NCBI GenBank assembly: GCA_039815375.1
Contig: JBCBZJ010000001.1
Location: forward strand, 256,001-320,000
Reading direction: 5' to 3'
Source of the DNA: Verrucomicrobiota bacterium
Lineage (GTDB): Bacteria > Verrucomicrobiota > Verrucomicrobiia > Opitutales > Coraliomargaritaceae
Length of the DNA stretch: 64,000 nucleotides
Below the pieces are notes generated by a model, which was not told where the DNA came from, did no database searches, and worked only from the letters and a program-made list of their open reading frames with translations. Positions 41,571 through 52,924 of this stretch are shown piece by piece (position 1 is the stretch's first letter; the number at the start of each line of letters is the position of its first letter). The position numbers and the translations under genes are program-made.

Positions 41571-42320
41571 TTACGCTCTAGGTTTTGGAACAATGGTAGA
41601 GATGCCGCCGTCGGCAACAAAAGTCTGGCCTGTAACGAACTTTGCTTCGTCAGAGATGAGCCATTCTGCGAGACTGGCGATATCGTCGGCTTGACCGATC
41701 TCTCCGAGAGGATGCATGCGTTTAGAAATTTCCAGCGCAGGTGCGCTCCCGACAATGGGTCTTGCGAGTGGGGTATCGGTAAGACTGGGAGCGATGGCGT
41801 TGATACGTAGGCTCTTTGCACCATAGGTCGCCGCAGCCGAGCGCACCATGGCCTCAATGCCACCTTTGGCAGCGGCGATGGCCTCATGGTTGGAAATGCC
41901 GGTTTGAGCAGCAGCCGTGCTGAAGAAGAGACAATTGCCAGAGCCCTGCTTCTGCATGACTTGAGTGGCAGCCTTCAATGCGTAAAATGCAGAGGTGAGG
42001 TTTGTTTGAATGGTCGTATTCCAGTCTTCTGGTGAGGTGAGGTGTGCCGGTTTGAGATAGATTGAACCGATGGCGTGCACGTAGGCATCAATTCGACCGT
42101 GAGCTTCCTTGATTGTATTGAAGGCGCTCGAAATAGAATCCCACTCGTTGGCGTCTGCTGCAATGCAGTCGAGACCAAGTTCGGAGCTGAGCGCCTCGAG
42201 CTGTTCTTTGCCACGCGCAAATCCGCTCACGATTTGACCCGCACGAACTGCGCGTTTTGCTAGGGCAGACCCAATACCTCCAGTGATGCCTCCAATGACG
42301 ATAACTTTGTTTTCAGCCAT
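41571..42320 (-). CDS. Short-chain dehydrogenase/reductase
   Basis: GGITGGIG, TNLTS, INAIAP, VTGQTFVADGG; the catalytic Tyr position is atypical (HEAIAAAK). Confidence 0.9.
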   Translation of the reverse strand: MAENKVIVIGGITGGIGSALAKRAVRAGQIVSGFARGKEQLEALSSELGLDCIAADANEWDSISSAFNTIKEAHGRIDAYVHAIGSIYLKPAHLTSPEDWNTTIQTNLTSAFYALKAATQVMQKQGSGNCLFFSTAAAQTGISNHEAIAAAKGGIEAMVRSAAATYGAKSLRINAIAPSLTDTPLARPIVGSAPALEISKRMHPLGEIGQADDIASLAEWLISDEAKFVTGQTFVADGGISTIVPKPRA

Positions 42321-42417
42321 ACCATAATCATCGTTTTGTTCTCCAATGGATTACAGGCTTTCTGGCTTGAAAGCAGCTGCCGAGGGCGCAGTTTGGGCTG
42401 CTTTCCCATTTTTTGTC

Positions 42418-45159
<2,742 letters not shown>

Positions 45160-45326
45160 GGAGAAGTTACTTTGATACACGTCTTGCCGGAGAGGGCAGA
45201 GTTAAGGACTTTCAACTCGATGTTCCTTACAGTGAATAGATGGAAGAATTGGCCAGCGCTGTGTATGCGAACTCGGTAGTTGTCGATCTGTGTTTGGAGA
45301 GGTCTTGAGCGGCCTTGATTTTCTAG

Positions 45327-45341
45327 TGAAAGTCGTTTGCA
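45327..45341 (+). promoter_or_regulatory. Palindromic operator copy 1 (Fur/Zur-like)
   Basis: TGAAAGTCGTTTGCA, 7 nt before the ATG of a COG0523 gene and overlapping a TTGATT-N17-TGCAAT promoter-like spacing. Confidence 0.6.
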
Positions 45342-45348
45342 ATAGGTT

Positions 45349-46683
45349 ATGGCAAAAACGTTTTTATTCTGGCAACCAAATGCGCCGATTCCGGGTGATG
45401 ATCGAGTTCCGGTTATCTTGCTCAGCGGTTTTCTTGGATCTGGAAAGACGACCTTGCTGAATCACTTACTCTCCTCTGAAGAATCCGAGAATTTGGGTGT
45501 GCTCGTGAACGATCTTGGTGAAGTGAATATCGATGCCAAACTCATCAAGCGATCCATGCGTAAACTCAAGGGGCCGGTTGGTGATGTCGTCGAGTTAAGT
45601 TCAGGGTGTATTTGCTGCTCAATTCAAACTGAGCTGATGGATTCACTTCTTCACCTTTATCTCATGCTGAAGCCCAGCCATATTTTAATCGAGGCCAGTG
45701 GGGTGGCTGAGCCAAAGTCGATTCTTGAGAGCCTCTATGCTGCGAATATGGAAGGTGTTCGGGGTACGGATTTTCTCCGAGTGGCCAATCTCGTCTCAGT
45801 AGTGGATGCCGCAAATTTGGATGATTATTTGGGCGTGCGTGCAGAAGCAGGCAGGAACAAGCGCATAAAAGTCTTGGAATGTGATAAGCGACGCCCTCTT
45901 GAAGAACTGCTTATGGAACAGATCGAATGTGCTGATCTGATTTTGCTTAACAAAGCTGATCAGGTAAACGCTTCTGACGCTGATCGCCTCGAATCTTACC
46001 TACGCAGTTTAAATAACCGTGCAGAAGTTCAGCGCTGTGCGTTTGGGAAAATTAACGTATCGACGATTCTCGGAGTTGAGCGTTTCGATGAAGATGCGAC
46101 TTTGAACAGTGCACGCTGGCGTAATCTCATTATTTCGAACGACAGAGTGGCTAGCATGCCTCAAAAAGAGTCTGCTCAGACGACTATCGAATTCGGCAGC
46201 TTCACCCCTGTTGAGGGACATTCTTTTGAGAATAAGTCGGCCGGATTTAGTCTACAAGCTGAGGCAACAGCGCACACCCACCATCATAAAGACTATGGGC
46301 TGGATAGCTTTGTCTACAATAGCCGACGTCAGTTCGACGAAACGAAACTCTATTCACTATTTCGTTCTGAGCTGCCCGGGGTTGTTCGTGCCAAAGGGTT
46401 TTACTGGACAACGCGTCTTCCGAAGCGTGTCGGGGTGCTTTCTGTTGCAGGTAAAATCGTGCGCAATGATTACATCGGAGAATGGTGGGCCGATATGCTG
46501 GCCAGTGGCGAATCAGACGACGGAGAAATGCCCGAAATTATCCGGAAAAGTTGGGATCCGAAGCTGGGAGACCGCCGTCAGGAGCTGGTCTTCATTGGCA
46601 TTGATCTCGATCGTGAAGCAATCATCAAAGGATTGCATGCCTGCGAGGTAGAGAGCCCTGTGGGCGTTCCTGGTTCGAATTGA
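45349..46683 (+). CDS. COG0523 (CobW/YciC/ZigA-family) metallochaperone GTPase
   Basis: [54 protein letters not shown]. Confidence 0.93.
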   Translation: MAKTFLFWQPNAPIPGDDRVPVILLSGFLGSGKTTLLNHLLSSEESENLGVLVNDLGEVNIDAKLIKRSMRKLKGPVGDVVELSSGCICCSIQTELMDSLLHLYLMLKPSHILIEASGVAEPKSILESLYAANMEGVRGTDFLRVANLVSVVDAANLDDYLGVRAEAGRNKRIKVLECDKRRPLEELLMEQIECADLILLNKADQVNASDADRLESYLRSLNNRAEVQRCAFGKINVSTILGVERFDEDATLNSARWRNLIISNDRVASMPQKESAQTTIEFGSFTPVEGHSFENKSAGFSLQAEATAHTHHHKDYGLDSFVYNSRRQFDETKLYSLFRSELPGVVRAKGFYWTTRLPKRVGVLSVAGKIVRNDYIGEWWADMLASGESDDGEMPEIIRKSWDPKLGDRRQELVFIGIDLDREAIIKGLHACEVESPVGVPGSN

Positions 46684-46750
46684 TGCTCCCTACAGGGTAG
46701 GGCAGGACTGCGGTTTACCTGCTCCCTTTGCAGTAAGCCCAAGCTTTGCT

Positions 46751-47254
46751 CTAAAGCTGCGTTGGATTCGGTGTGTCGCCATAGACAGCCTTGGGATCGA
46801 AGGATTTTTCATCTTCGATGAAACGCAAGCTCACTGGTCCGTCGCTTTTGCCCACCGGCACTTCACGGTAGAAGCAAGAACGGTAGCCAACGTGGCAGGA
46901 AGCTTCCTTGCCACCGGAAGATGGCTGAGTAAGGTCGACTTCGAGGACGATACAATCTTGATCGTCATCGACCAGCATACGACGAATGTGCTGGAACATT
47001 CCGGAGGATTCGCCCTTTTTCCAAAGTTTCTGGCGCGAGCGTGACCAGTAGTGTGCTAGTCCCGTTTCAATTGTAAGGGTGAGGGCCTCCGGATTCATGA
47101 ATGCAAACATCAACACTTCTTTAGTTTCTGCGTGCATTGTGATGCAGGGGATCACTCCCACTTGGTCGAACTTGGGAGCGAGTTGATCACCCTCTTCGAC
47201 TTGTTCGATGCTCTCTCGTTTTGCAAAAATATTTGGTTTCATGTCCTCGTTCAT
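46751..47254 (-). CDS. hisI: Phosphoribosyl-AMP cyclohydrolase, variant with DDDQDC instead of DCDxD (start 47254 or 47242)
   Basis: VLMFAFMN, YWSRSRQKLWKKGESSG, SCHVGYRSCFYR. Confidence 0.9.
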   Translation of the reverse strand: MNEDMKPNIFAKRESIEQVEEGDQLAPKFDQVGVIPCITMHAETKEVLMFAFMNPEALTLTIETGLAHYWSRSRQKLWKKGESSGMFQHIRRMLVDDDQDCIVLEVDLTQPSSGGKEASCHVGYRSCFYREVPVGKSDGPVSLRFIEDEKSFDPKAVYGDTPNPTQL

Positions 47255-47295
47255 TCTTTTCAAATGGATTAGTGCGCCATCGAGATCAAGCTCAT

Positions 47296-47310
47296 TGAAA
47301 GTCACTTTCA
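47296..47310 (-). promoter_or_regulatory. Palindromic operator copy 2 (Fur/Zur-like)
   Basis: TGAAAG-TCA-CTTTCA upstream of hisI. Confidence 0.7.
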
Positions 47311-47369
47311 CTAATTAAGGACGGAGCTTCGATGGGGGATGTAATTGGCAAAATAAGGGCGCTTGAAGA

Positions 47370-48299
47370 CTATTTGTTATCGAGGTTGCGGCTGATCTCC
47401 TGATCACTCACAGGAGCTGAGTCTACGCCACTAACTGGAACCTCGACTTTGGAGACCCAGCAAAGCGCATTGAGGATGATCTTACGGAAATTCTCGTTCT
47501 GCCAATTTATATGGAAATGCCCGCCGGTGAAACCGAAGCCACGACCACCGTCTGGACGTTCTATTGCCCACATTACCGCTTCTTTGCGACCCTTTGCCTC
47601 TTGGATATGAGGGTAAGGACCTCTTGGATGAACGTAGGGACCATCACGGGTTTCATTGTCGGGTATAGTGACTAGGACTGGTGTAAAGAGGACGCCATCA
47701 ATTTCACTAGGCCCGCTTGCATCAAAGCCTTTGGCGAAGCGCATGTTAAAATACCATTCGTCTTTGATGGAGAAAGGTTTGATTCCTCGAGTAATCGGAT
47801 GCTCTGGAAATGCATCGAATCGAGCATCCCAAATTGGATTACAGGACCACTTGTGCTCGTAGCAGCCACCGATCCAATCACGAAATTGCTGACCAGCCGT
47901 TTGTTTGGGCACCTCGACAGCAAAGTGCATGCAGCCGAAACCGACACCTTGTCCAACGAGTCTCTCCATCGTTTTCAGCCGTCCTTTACCTGCGAGCACG
48001 GGATGCCGACGATTCCCGTCGGAGAAACAGACCACCGCATCGGCATCAGCAAAGGTGGCTTCGTCAGTGACCCAGCCCATCTCATGACGATCTACAACCA
48101 GACCTGGAACTGAGCGGAGACGCTCTTCGAGGAGGATCGTCCCGGCTCGAAACTCATGTATCATATGCGGATGACTGGGAGGCCCGGCAATGAGGACAAG
48201 TTTCTTTGAAGGAAAATCACCCTCTTTAGTCGCGGCTCTCGAGAGTGCAGGGGTCATGCTGGCTGCAAAGGCGAGGCGCAAGAATTCAGATCGAGTCAT
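47370..48299 (-). CDS. ThuA-like (class I glutamine amidotransferase fold) exported protein
   Basis: Tat-like leader MTRSEFLRL; LIAGPPSH..HEF, HPITRG, DEWYF, RGFGFTGGHFH. Confidence 0.85.
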   Translation of the reverse strand: MTRSEFLRLAFAASMTPALSRAATKEGDFPSKKLVLIAGPPSHPHMIHEFRAGTILLEERLRSVPGLVVDRHEMGWVTDEATFADADAVVCFSDGNRRHPVLAGKGRLKTMERLVGQGVGFGCMHFAVEVPKQTAGQQFRDWIGGCYEHKWSCNPIWDARFDAFPEHPITRGIKPFSIKDEWYFNMRFAKGFDASGPSEIDGVLFTPVLVTIPDNETRDGPYVHPRGPYPHIQEAKGRKEAVMWAIERPDGGRGFGFTGGHFHINWQNENFRKIILNALCWVSKVEVPVSGVDSAPVSDQEISRNLDNK

Positions 48300-48415
48300 G
48301 ATTATCCGAGTTTTGGATTACACTTCCTAACCTGTCTGGAGAGCGACCAGATTCAAGATAAATGAAAGCTGCTTGCATTAACAATGCTGCCAGTTTGTGA
48401 GTTATACAGTAATTC

Positions 48416-48883
48416 TCAGACTGAGAGCATTCGGCTATTGAACATGGGATTCAGAGCCTTGCAGGCGTCGCCCTCCACTCCATAAACCACTTCAATGCTC
48501 TCGTTGCGGAGCAATCCAAGCGCTCGTCCGGCATGTGCTGGATTTGGATCCAGGCAGCCGATTACGACTCGGGCAATACCGTGGCTATTAATGATGCGTT
48601 CGCAGCACGAACCGGTCCGGCCAGCGGTGGAGCATGGTTCCAGAGTGACAAACATCTCCGCTCCTTGCTTCGGTTGGCGTCCGAGTTTTTCGAGGGCAAC
48701 TCTTTCGGCATGTGGTCCACCGTCGTAGGGGTGGTAACCTTCGGCTACGATTTCACCCGATTCGACGATGACAGCTCCAACTCGTGGATTTGGATGGACT
48801 GCATCTTCCGAGACTGTTGAAGCGAGTTCGATCGCCCGCCGCATATAACGGCGATCATTTTCGGATACGATTGTCGAGCACAT
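48416..48883 (-). CDS. Stand-alone RibD-type deaminase domain
   Basis: [27 protein letters not shown]...C, DPNP; no reductase domain. Confidence 0.85.
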   Translation of the reverse strand: MCSTIVSENDRRYMRRAIELASTVSEDAVHPNPRVGAVIVESGEIVAEGYHPYDGGPHAERVALEKLGRQPKQGAEMFVTLEPCSTAGRTGSCCERIINSHGIARVVIGCLDPNPAHAGRALGLLRNESIEVVYGVEGDACKALNPMFNSRMLSV

Positions 48884-49142
48884 CAGACCAATTACTCACG
48901 GGTGGAACCGGATCGAAGCCTTGGCCGCCCCATGGATTGCAGCGAAGGATGCGTCGAAATGAAAACCAAAGCCCTCTAATTGTGCCGTGATCGCGGACGG
49001 CTTCTATCGCATATGTGGAGCAAGTTGGATAGAAACGGCAGCCGCTTCCCGGGCCTCCCAGCACATGCAGAAGTGGAGAGAGCAGCCACTGGTACAAGTA
49101 GATCAGGCCCAGTATTATTCTCTGTGTTATCCTTCGAATCAT
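48855..49142 (-). CDS. yidD: Membrane protein insertion efficiency factor
   Basis: [32 protein letters not shown]. Confidence 0.92.
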   Translation of the reverse strand: MIRRITQRIILGLIYLYQWLLSPLLHVLGGPGSGCRFYPTCSTYAIEAVRDHGTIRGLWFSFRRILRCNPWGGQGFDPVPPVSNWSDVLDNRIRK

Positions 49143-49201
49143 ATGCGTGCTAAAGTATCTCTCTCTTGGATATCATCATTAGGCCCCGGTTGTTCCAAGA
49201 C

Positions 49202-50440
49202 TTATTCGAGATCCCCCGAATCGGCTTGCTCCGGAATGAACCACTCTGGAAATGGGTCGCTGAACGTGCTCCAAAAGACTTCGCCTGCACCCATTTCGTC
49301 TTCGGTTAAGAGGCAGGCATCGAAGCAATCCCGAATGAATGTTTCGTCCATCTTTTCGGCACTGCCGATAAGCACAAGTTCTTGGCGGCGGTCTCCGTAG
49401 GGTTTTTCCCAATTCGAAAGCACTTTCATGATCTCACCCTCATCCTGTGGCCAGTATTCCTTCGGCACTGCAGCGAACCATTCGCCAGCTAATTGGACAT
49501 CCGATTGAGCCCCGGCTCTCGACCAGAGCCCGACGTAGGCCATGCGTGTTGCAAGCCAGAAGAACCCTTTTGAGCGTATCACACCGGGCCAATCCTGCTT
49601 CATCCATTTCCAGAGACGTTCCGGATGAAAGGGGCGTCTCGCGCGATAAACGAATTGGCTGATGCCATATTCTTCTGTTTCAGGAACCGGCTCGTTTTGA
49701 ATCAACTTGAGCCAGTCGGGTTCTTGCTCGGCAGATTGAATATCAAATCTCCCAGTGTTAAGTATGTCCTTTGGCTCAATCTTGCCGAAGCCACACTCGA
49801 TCACTTCCGCCTTTGGGTTAAGCGCTCGAATGCCCGAGATGATTCCTGCCTTAGTCTCAGCATCGACCTTGTCGATTTTGTTCAAGAGAATGACGTCTGC
49901 GAATTCGACCTGGTCCACTAATAGATCCACAATCGTGCGCTCGTCTTCATCGCCGACCTCCTGACCACGATCTTTCAGCTTTTCAGGCGTTCCGAAATCG
50001 CGCTCGAAATTGGCTGCATCCACAACAGTGACCATTGTGTCGAGGTTCGAAATGTCGGCGAGGCAGAATCCTGCTTCGTCGCGAAAATGGAAAGTCTCTG
50101 CAACTGGCATGGGTTCGGAAACACCGGTCGATTCGATGAGAAGATATTCGAAACGTCCTTCAGAAGCGAGGCGTCTTACTTCTTCGAGCAAGTCATCGCG
50201 CAAAGTGCAGCAGATACAGCCGTTACTCATCTCGATCAGCTTCTCTTCCTTGCGGCTCAATTCAGCACCACCCTCGGCCACGAGCTGAGCGTCAATGTTG
50301 ACCTCACTCATGTCGTTGACAATGACTGCGACCTTAAGCCCCTCGCGGTTATTCAGGATATGGTTGAGTATTGTTGTCTTTCCCGCTCCAAGAAATCCGG
50401 AGAGGACGGTGACAGGGAGTTTTCGTTCGTTCGTTTGCAT
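49202..50440 (-). CDS. COG0523 zinc metallochaperone GTPase (YciC/ZigA-like)
   Basis: [63 protein letters not shown]. Confidence 0.95.
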   Translation of the reverse strand: MQTNERKLPVTVLSGFLGAGKTTILNHILNNREGLKVAVIVNDMSEVNIDAQLVAEGGAELSRKEEKLIEMSNGCICCTLRDDLLEEVRRLASEGRFEYLLIESTGVSEPMPVAETFHFRDEAGFCLADISNLDTMVTVVDAANFERDFGTPEKLKDRGQEVGDEDERTIVDLLVDQVEFADVILLNKIDKVDAETKAGIISGIRALNPKAEVIECGFGKIEPKDILNTGRFDIQSAEQEPDWLKLIQNEPVPETEEYGISQFVYRARRPFHPERLWKWMKQDWPGVIRSKGFFWLATRMAYVGLWSRAGAQSDVQLAGEWFAAVPKEYWPQDEGEIMKVLSNWEKPYGDRRQELVLIGSAEKMDETFIRDCFDACLLTEDEMGAGEVFWSTFSDPFPEWFIPEQADSGDLE

Positions 50441-50476
50441 TTTTTCGTTCGTTCTATCGCATGTCAGGTCACTTTT

Positions 50477-51664
50477 TTAAGGTGAGAAGGAAATAAGGAG
50501 CGCGCCTAGCCAGGCGATGCATAGAGAGAAAAAGGCGGCGTAAGAAGCCTGTCTTCCGACCATCTTAAGTGCAAAGCTCGGGCGTATCTCTTTTGCGACG
50601 GTGATCACGGTGACAAGGCAGGGGAATAGGACACCGGCCAGGTAGACAGCCGTAAGCACTTGAACAGATGAGTCCAAAGGAACTTTGAGAGAGGACCAAT
50701 CGCTGTCCAGAAGCCCGATCGCGATACCATCCTTTCGCACTGAACCGAAAACGACGGCGACCGCAGCTTGGGGAGGCAGGTTGAATATAGCCATCACAGG
50801 TGCGAGTAGATCCGTTAATCCCTCTAGAGCGCCTGACCATTTCAGAAGTCCGGCAGCGAAACAAATGCCGATGAAGATAGGAAAGGCGAGCACCACAAAA
50901 TCTCTGAGGCCGTCAACGCATTCAGCCCAAACGTTTTTCCAATCAGGCGGGCGTAGTGCTTTCGATACCGAAAGTGGTAATGGATAATCCGTGCCCCGAA
51001 CCATCGGTGGTCGTGTAAGACGAAGATAGATGAGTGTTGTGGCGGCCAACAGCCCTAAATAAACTGGTCCCAACCATACGGCGTCCATCACAGCAAAGAC
51101 AGCGAGTGTCGCCGGAAGCTGGTAGGAACAGGCCGAGCCAAACGAGATTGCGGACACGCAGGTTCCTCGCGAGCAACTGGAGCAGGATCGAGTCGCGACG
51201 ATCGCGGGCACATTGCAGCCAAAGCCCATAATAACACGCATGAGTTCATGCCCTCCTAGACCGAAAGGGCGGAGCATTGGGTGTAGCGCATAAGAGAGAC
51301 GTTCGATTAAGCCGGTGCTCTTGTAGATGGCGATCAGAGCTGAAAAAACCAGAATGGTGGGCAAGGCATAGAGTAAGAGAAAGGGAAACATTGCCACGAC
51401 GCCATATTCGCCAGCCAGCACGTGTGCTAAAGGACCGGGAAGTGTGTTGAGCCAGCTGATTAACGGGCCCATAAGTTGATAGAGCGGAGCGTTCAAGAAA
51501 TCTGCGAAGGCGTTTGCTTGTATAACCGCGAAACATGCCGGTGCGAAAAGGACAATCAGGCTCAGTCCTGAATAAAGGCTAACTGTAAAAAAGCCTTTGT
51601 GATTGCCTGCTTCTACGTCTGAACGCGGAAGTTTGGGCAAAGTATTGGCCTCATCATTCTTCAT
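50477..51664 (-). CDS. FeoB-like gate (nucleoside recognition) membrane protein without GTPase domain
   Basis: MGFGCNVPAI, CSSCSRGTC, GSACSYQ, GSVRKDG, FPCLVT. Start at ATG 51664 overlaps the upstream stop. Confidence 0.8.
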   Translation of the reverse strand: MKNDEANTLPKLPRSDVEAGNHKGFFTVSLYSGLSLIVLFAPACFAVIQANAFADFLNAPLYQLMGPLISWLNTLPGPLAHVLAGEYGVVAMFPFLLLYALPTILVFSALIAIYKSTGLIERLSYALHPMLRPFGLGGHELMRVIMGFGCNVPAIVATRSCSSCSRGTCVSAISFGSACSYQLPATLAVFAVMDAVWLGPVYLGLLAATTLIYLRLTRPPMVRGTDYPLPLSVSKALRPPDWKNVWAECVDGLRDFVVLAFPIFIGICFAAGLLKWSGALEGLTDLLAPVMAIFNLPPQAAVAVVFGSVRKDGIAIGLLDSDWSSLKVPLDSSVQVLTAVYLAGVLFPCLVTVITVAKEIRPSFALKMVGRQASYAAFFSLCIAWLGALLISFSP

Positions 51665-52805
51665 GGTCCGTGCTGATAGATTCAGCTTCGGATTCGACTG
51701 CACATTCGCAGTTTGTGCAGCACTCCAGATCGTCGATGAGAAAACCTCGACGTCGATCATTCTCCAAGTCCGGTTCGGGATAGCCAAGTCGTTTGGCAGC
51801 CGCTCTGGCGATCACACCAAAACGAGCGCGGAATTTATAGATGAAGCAGAACTTGGACTTTCGTTGAACTAATGACGGACCGCTGTAATAGAGCCCAGGA
51901 TGAATCGTGGACTCATCCTCTTCAGTAAATTTGGGAGTTGAGCCGTCCCATTCGAAGAGCTCCTTGATTGGCGTGATCGCAGAATGAAAACCCGTAGCTG
52001 CGATGGGACGATGTGTTGAATCAAACACTTCGCCGTCAGCAGTTTCGATGATAAAGCGATCAGAAAGGCGATTTACGGAGACGACTTCGGAGTTTCCTCG
52101 AAGCACGAGACTTCCGGGGTGGTTTCTTAGGGTTTGAATGAGTCGCTCGCGGGTAAAGGGACTCAGAACCTCACTGGGATCGGGATGATCTTCTTTCCAA
52201 GGTTCGCCGGTCGCCAGGACCACGACGCGCCTCCCAAGCTCAACCAGGTGAAATGCTGCGTCGATTCCGCTTTCGTAACCTCCGATAATTACAGCTTCCT
52301 TTCCCTGATAATCTTCCCAACTACGGAATACGCTTGAGTGTGCGCAATGTTCCGATCCTGAAAATGTACCTGATTTCGGATGCGAGAACTCACCTCCTGC
52401 CCACAAGACGATTTTTGAGTGGTAGGTTTCCTTGTCGGTCTGGATCGAGTAGCCGTCCGACTCGGGTGTAAGCTGCACAACTTTCTCCTGCTGCTTTACA
52501 TTCAGATTGAAGTGCTGGACAACAGCGGAGAGGTAGTCTGCATAATCCTCTCCACTTAAATGCTCCTTCTGAAAAAAATCTGCAGGACTCGTATCCGGCG
52601 TGATAGCATTTAGATCAGTTTGAAAAAAAGGATTTCCGTGGAAGGAGGGGGTAATCAGGCGCATTTGTTCCGGCCAGCGGCGGAACGATGAACCAACTTG
52701 ATTTGCTTCGAGTAAGAGAACCTGTTCAACGCCAGCGCGTTGCAGTGCAAGGCCACAGCCAATTCCAGCTGGTCCAGCTCCAACGATGATCGCTTCAAAA
52801 TCCAT
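51654..52805 (-). CDS. NAD(P)/FAD-dependent oxidoreductase (flavin monooxygenase/TrxR-like) with Cys-rich tail
   Basis: IVGAGPAG, IIGGYESGID, ATGF, FCFIYKFR, DDLECCTNCEC. Confidence 0.9.
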   Translation of the reverse strand: MDFEAIIVGAGPAGIGCGLALQRAGVEQVLLLEANQVGSSFRRWPEQMRLITPSFHGNPFFQTDLNAITPDTSPADFFQKEHLSGEDYADYLSAVVQHFNLNVKQQEKVVQLTPESDGYSIQTDKETYHSKIVLWAGGEFSHPKSGTFSGSEHCAHSSVFRSWEDYQGKEAVIIGGYESGIDAAFHLVELGRRVVVLATGEPWKEDHPDPSEVLSPFTRERLIQTLRNHPGSLVLRGNSEVVSVNRLSDRFIIETADGEVFDSTHRPIAATGFHSAITPIKELFEWDGSTPKFTEEDESTIHPGLYYSGPSLVQRKSKFCFIYKFRARFGVIARAAAKRLGYPEPDLENDRRRGFLIDDLECCTNCECAVESEAESISTDHEE

Positions 52806-52815
52806 CCTTTACAGA

Positions 52816-52830
52816 TGAAAGTCGCTTTCA
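52816..52830 (-). promoter_or_regulatory. Palindromic operator copy 3 (Fur/Zur-like)
   Basis: (A)TGAAAG-TCG-CTTTCA(T), 10 nt upstream of the ATG and just downstream of a TTGACT -35-like hexamer on the minus strand. Confidence 0.72.
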
Positions 52831-52924
52831 TTTAGTCAAGGTCGGAAAGACCTTCCCCTACGATCTATTGATACGTGTAAGGAGCTATCTCGCAACTTTT
52901 CGGAAAAGAGACTCTTTTATCTTG

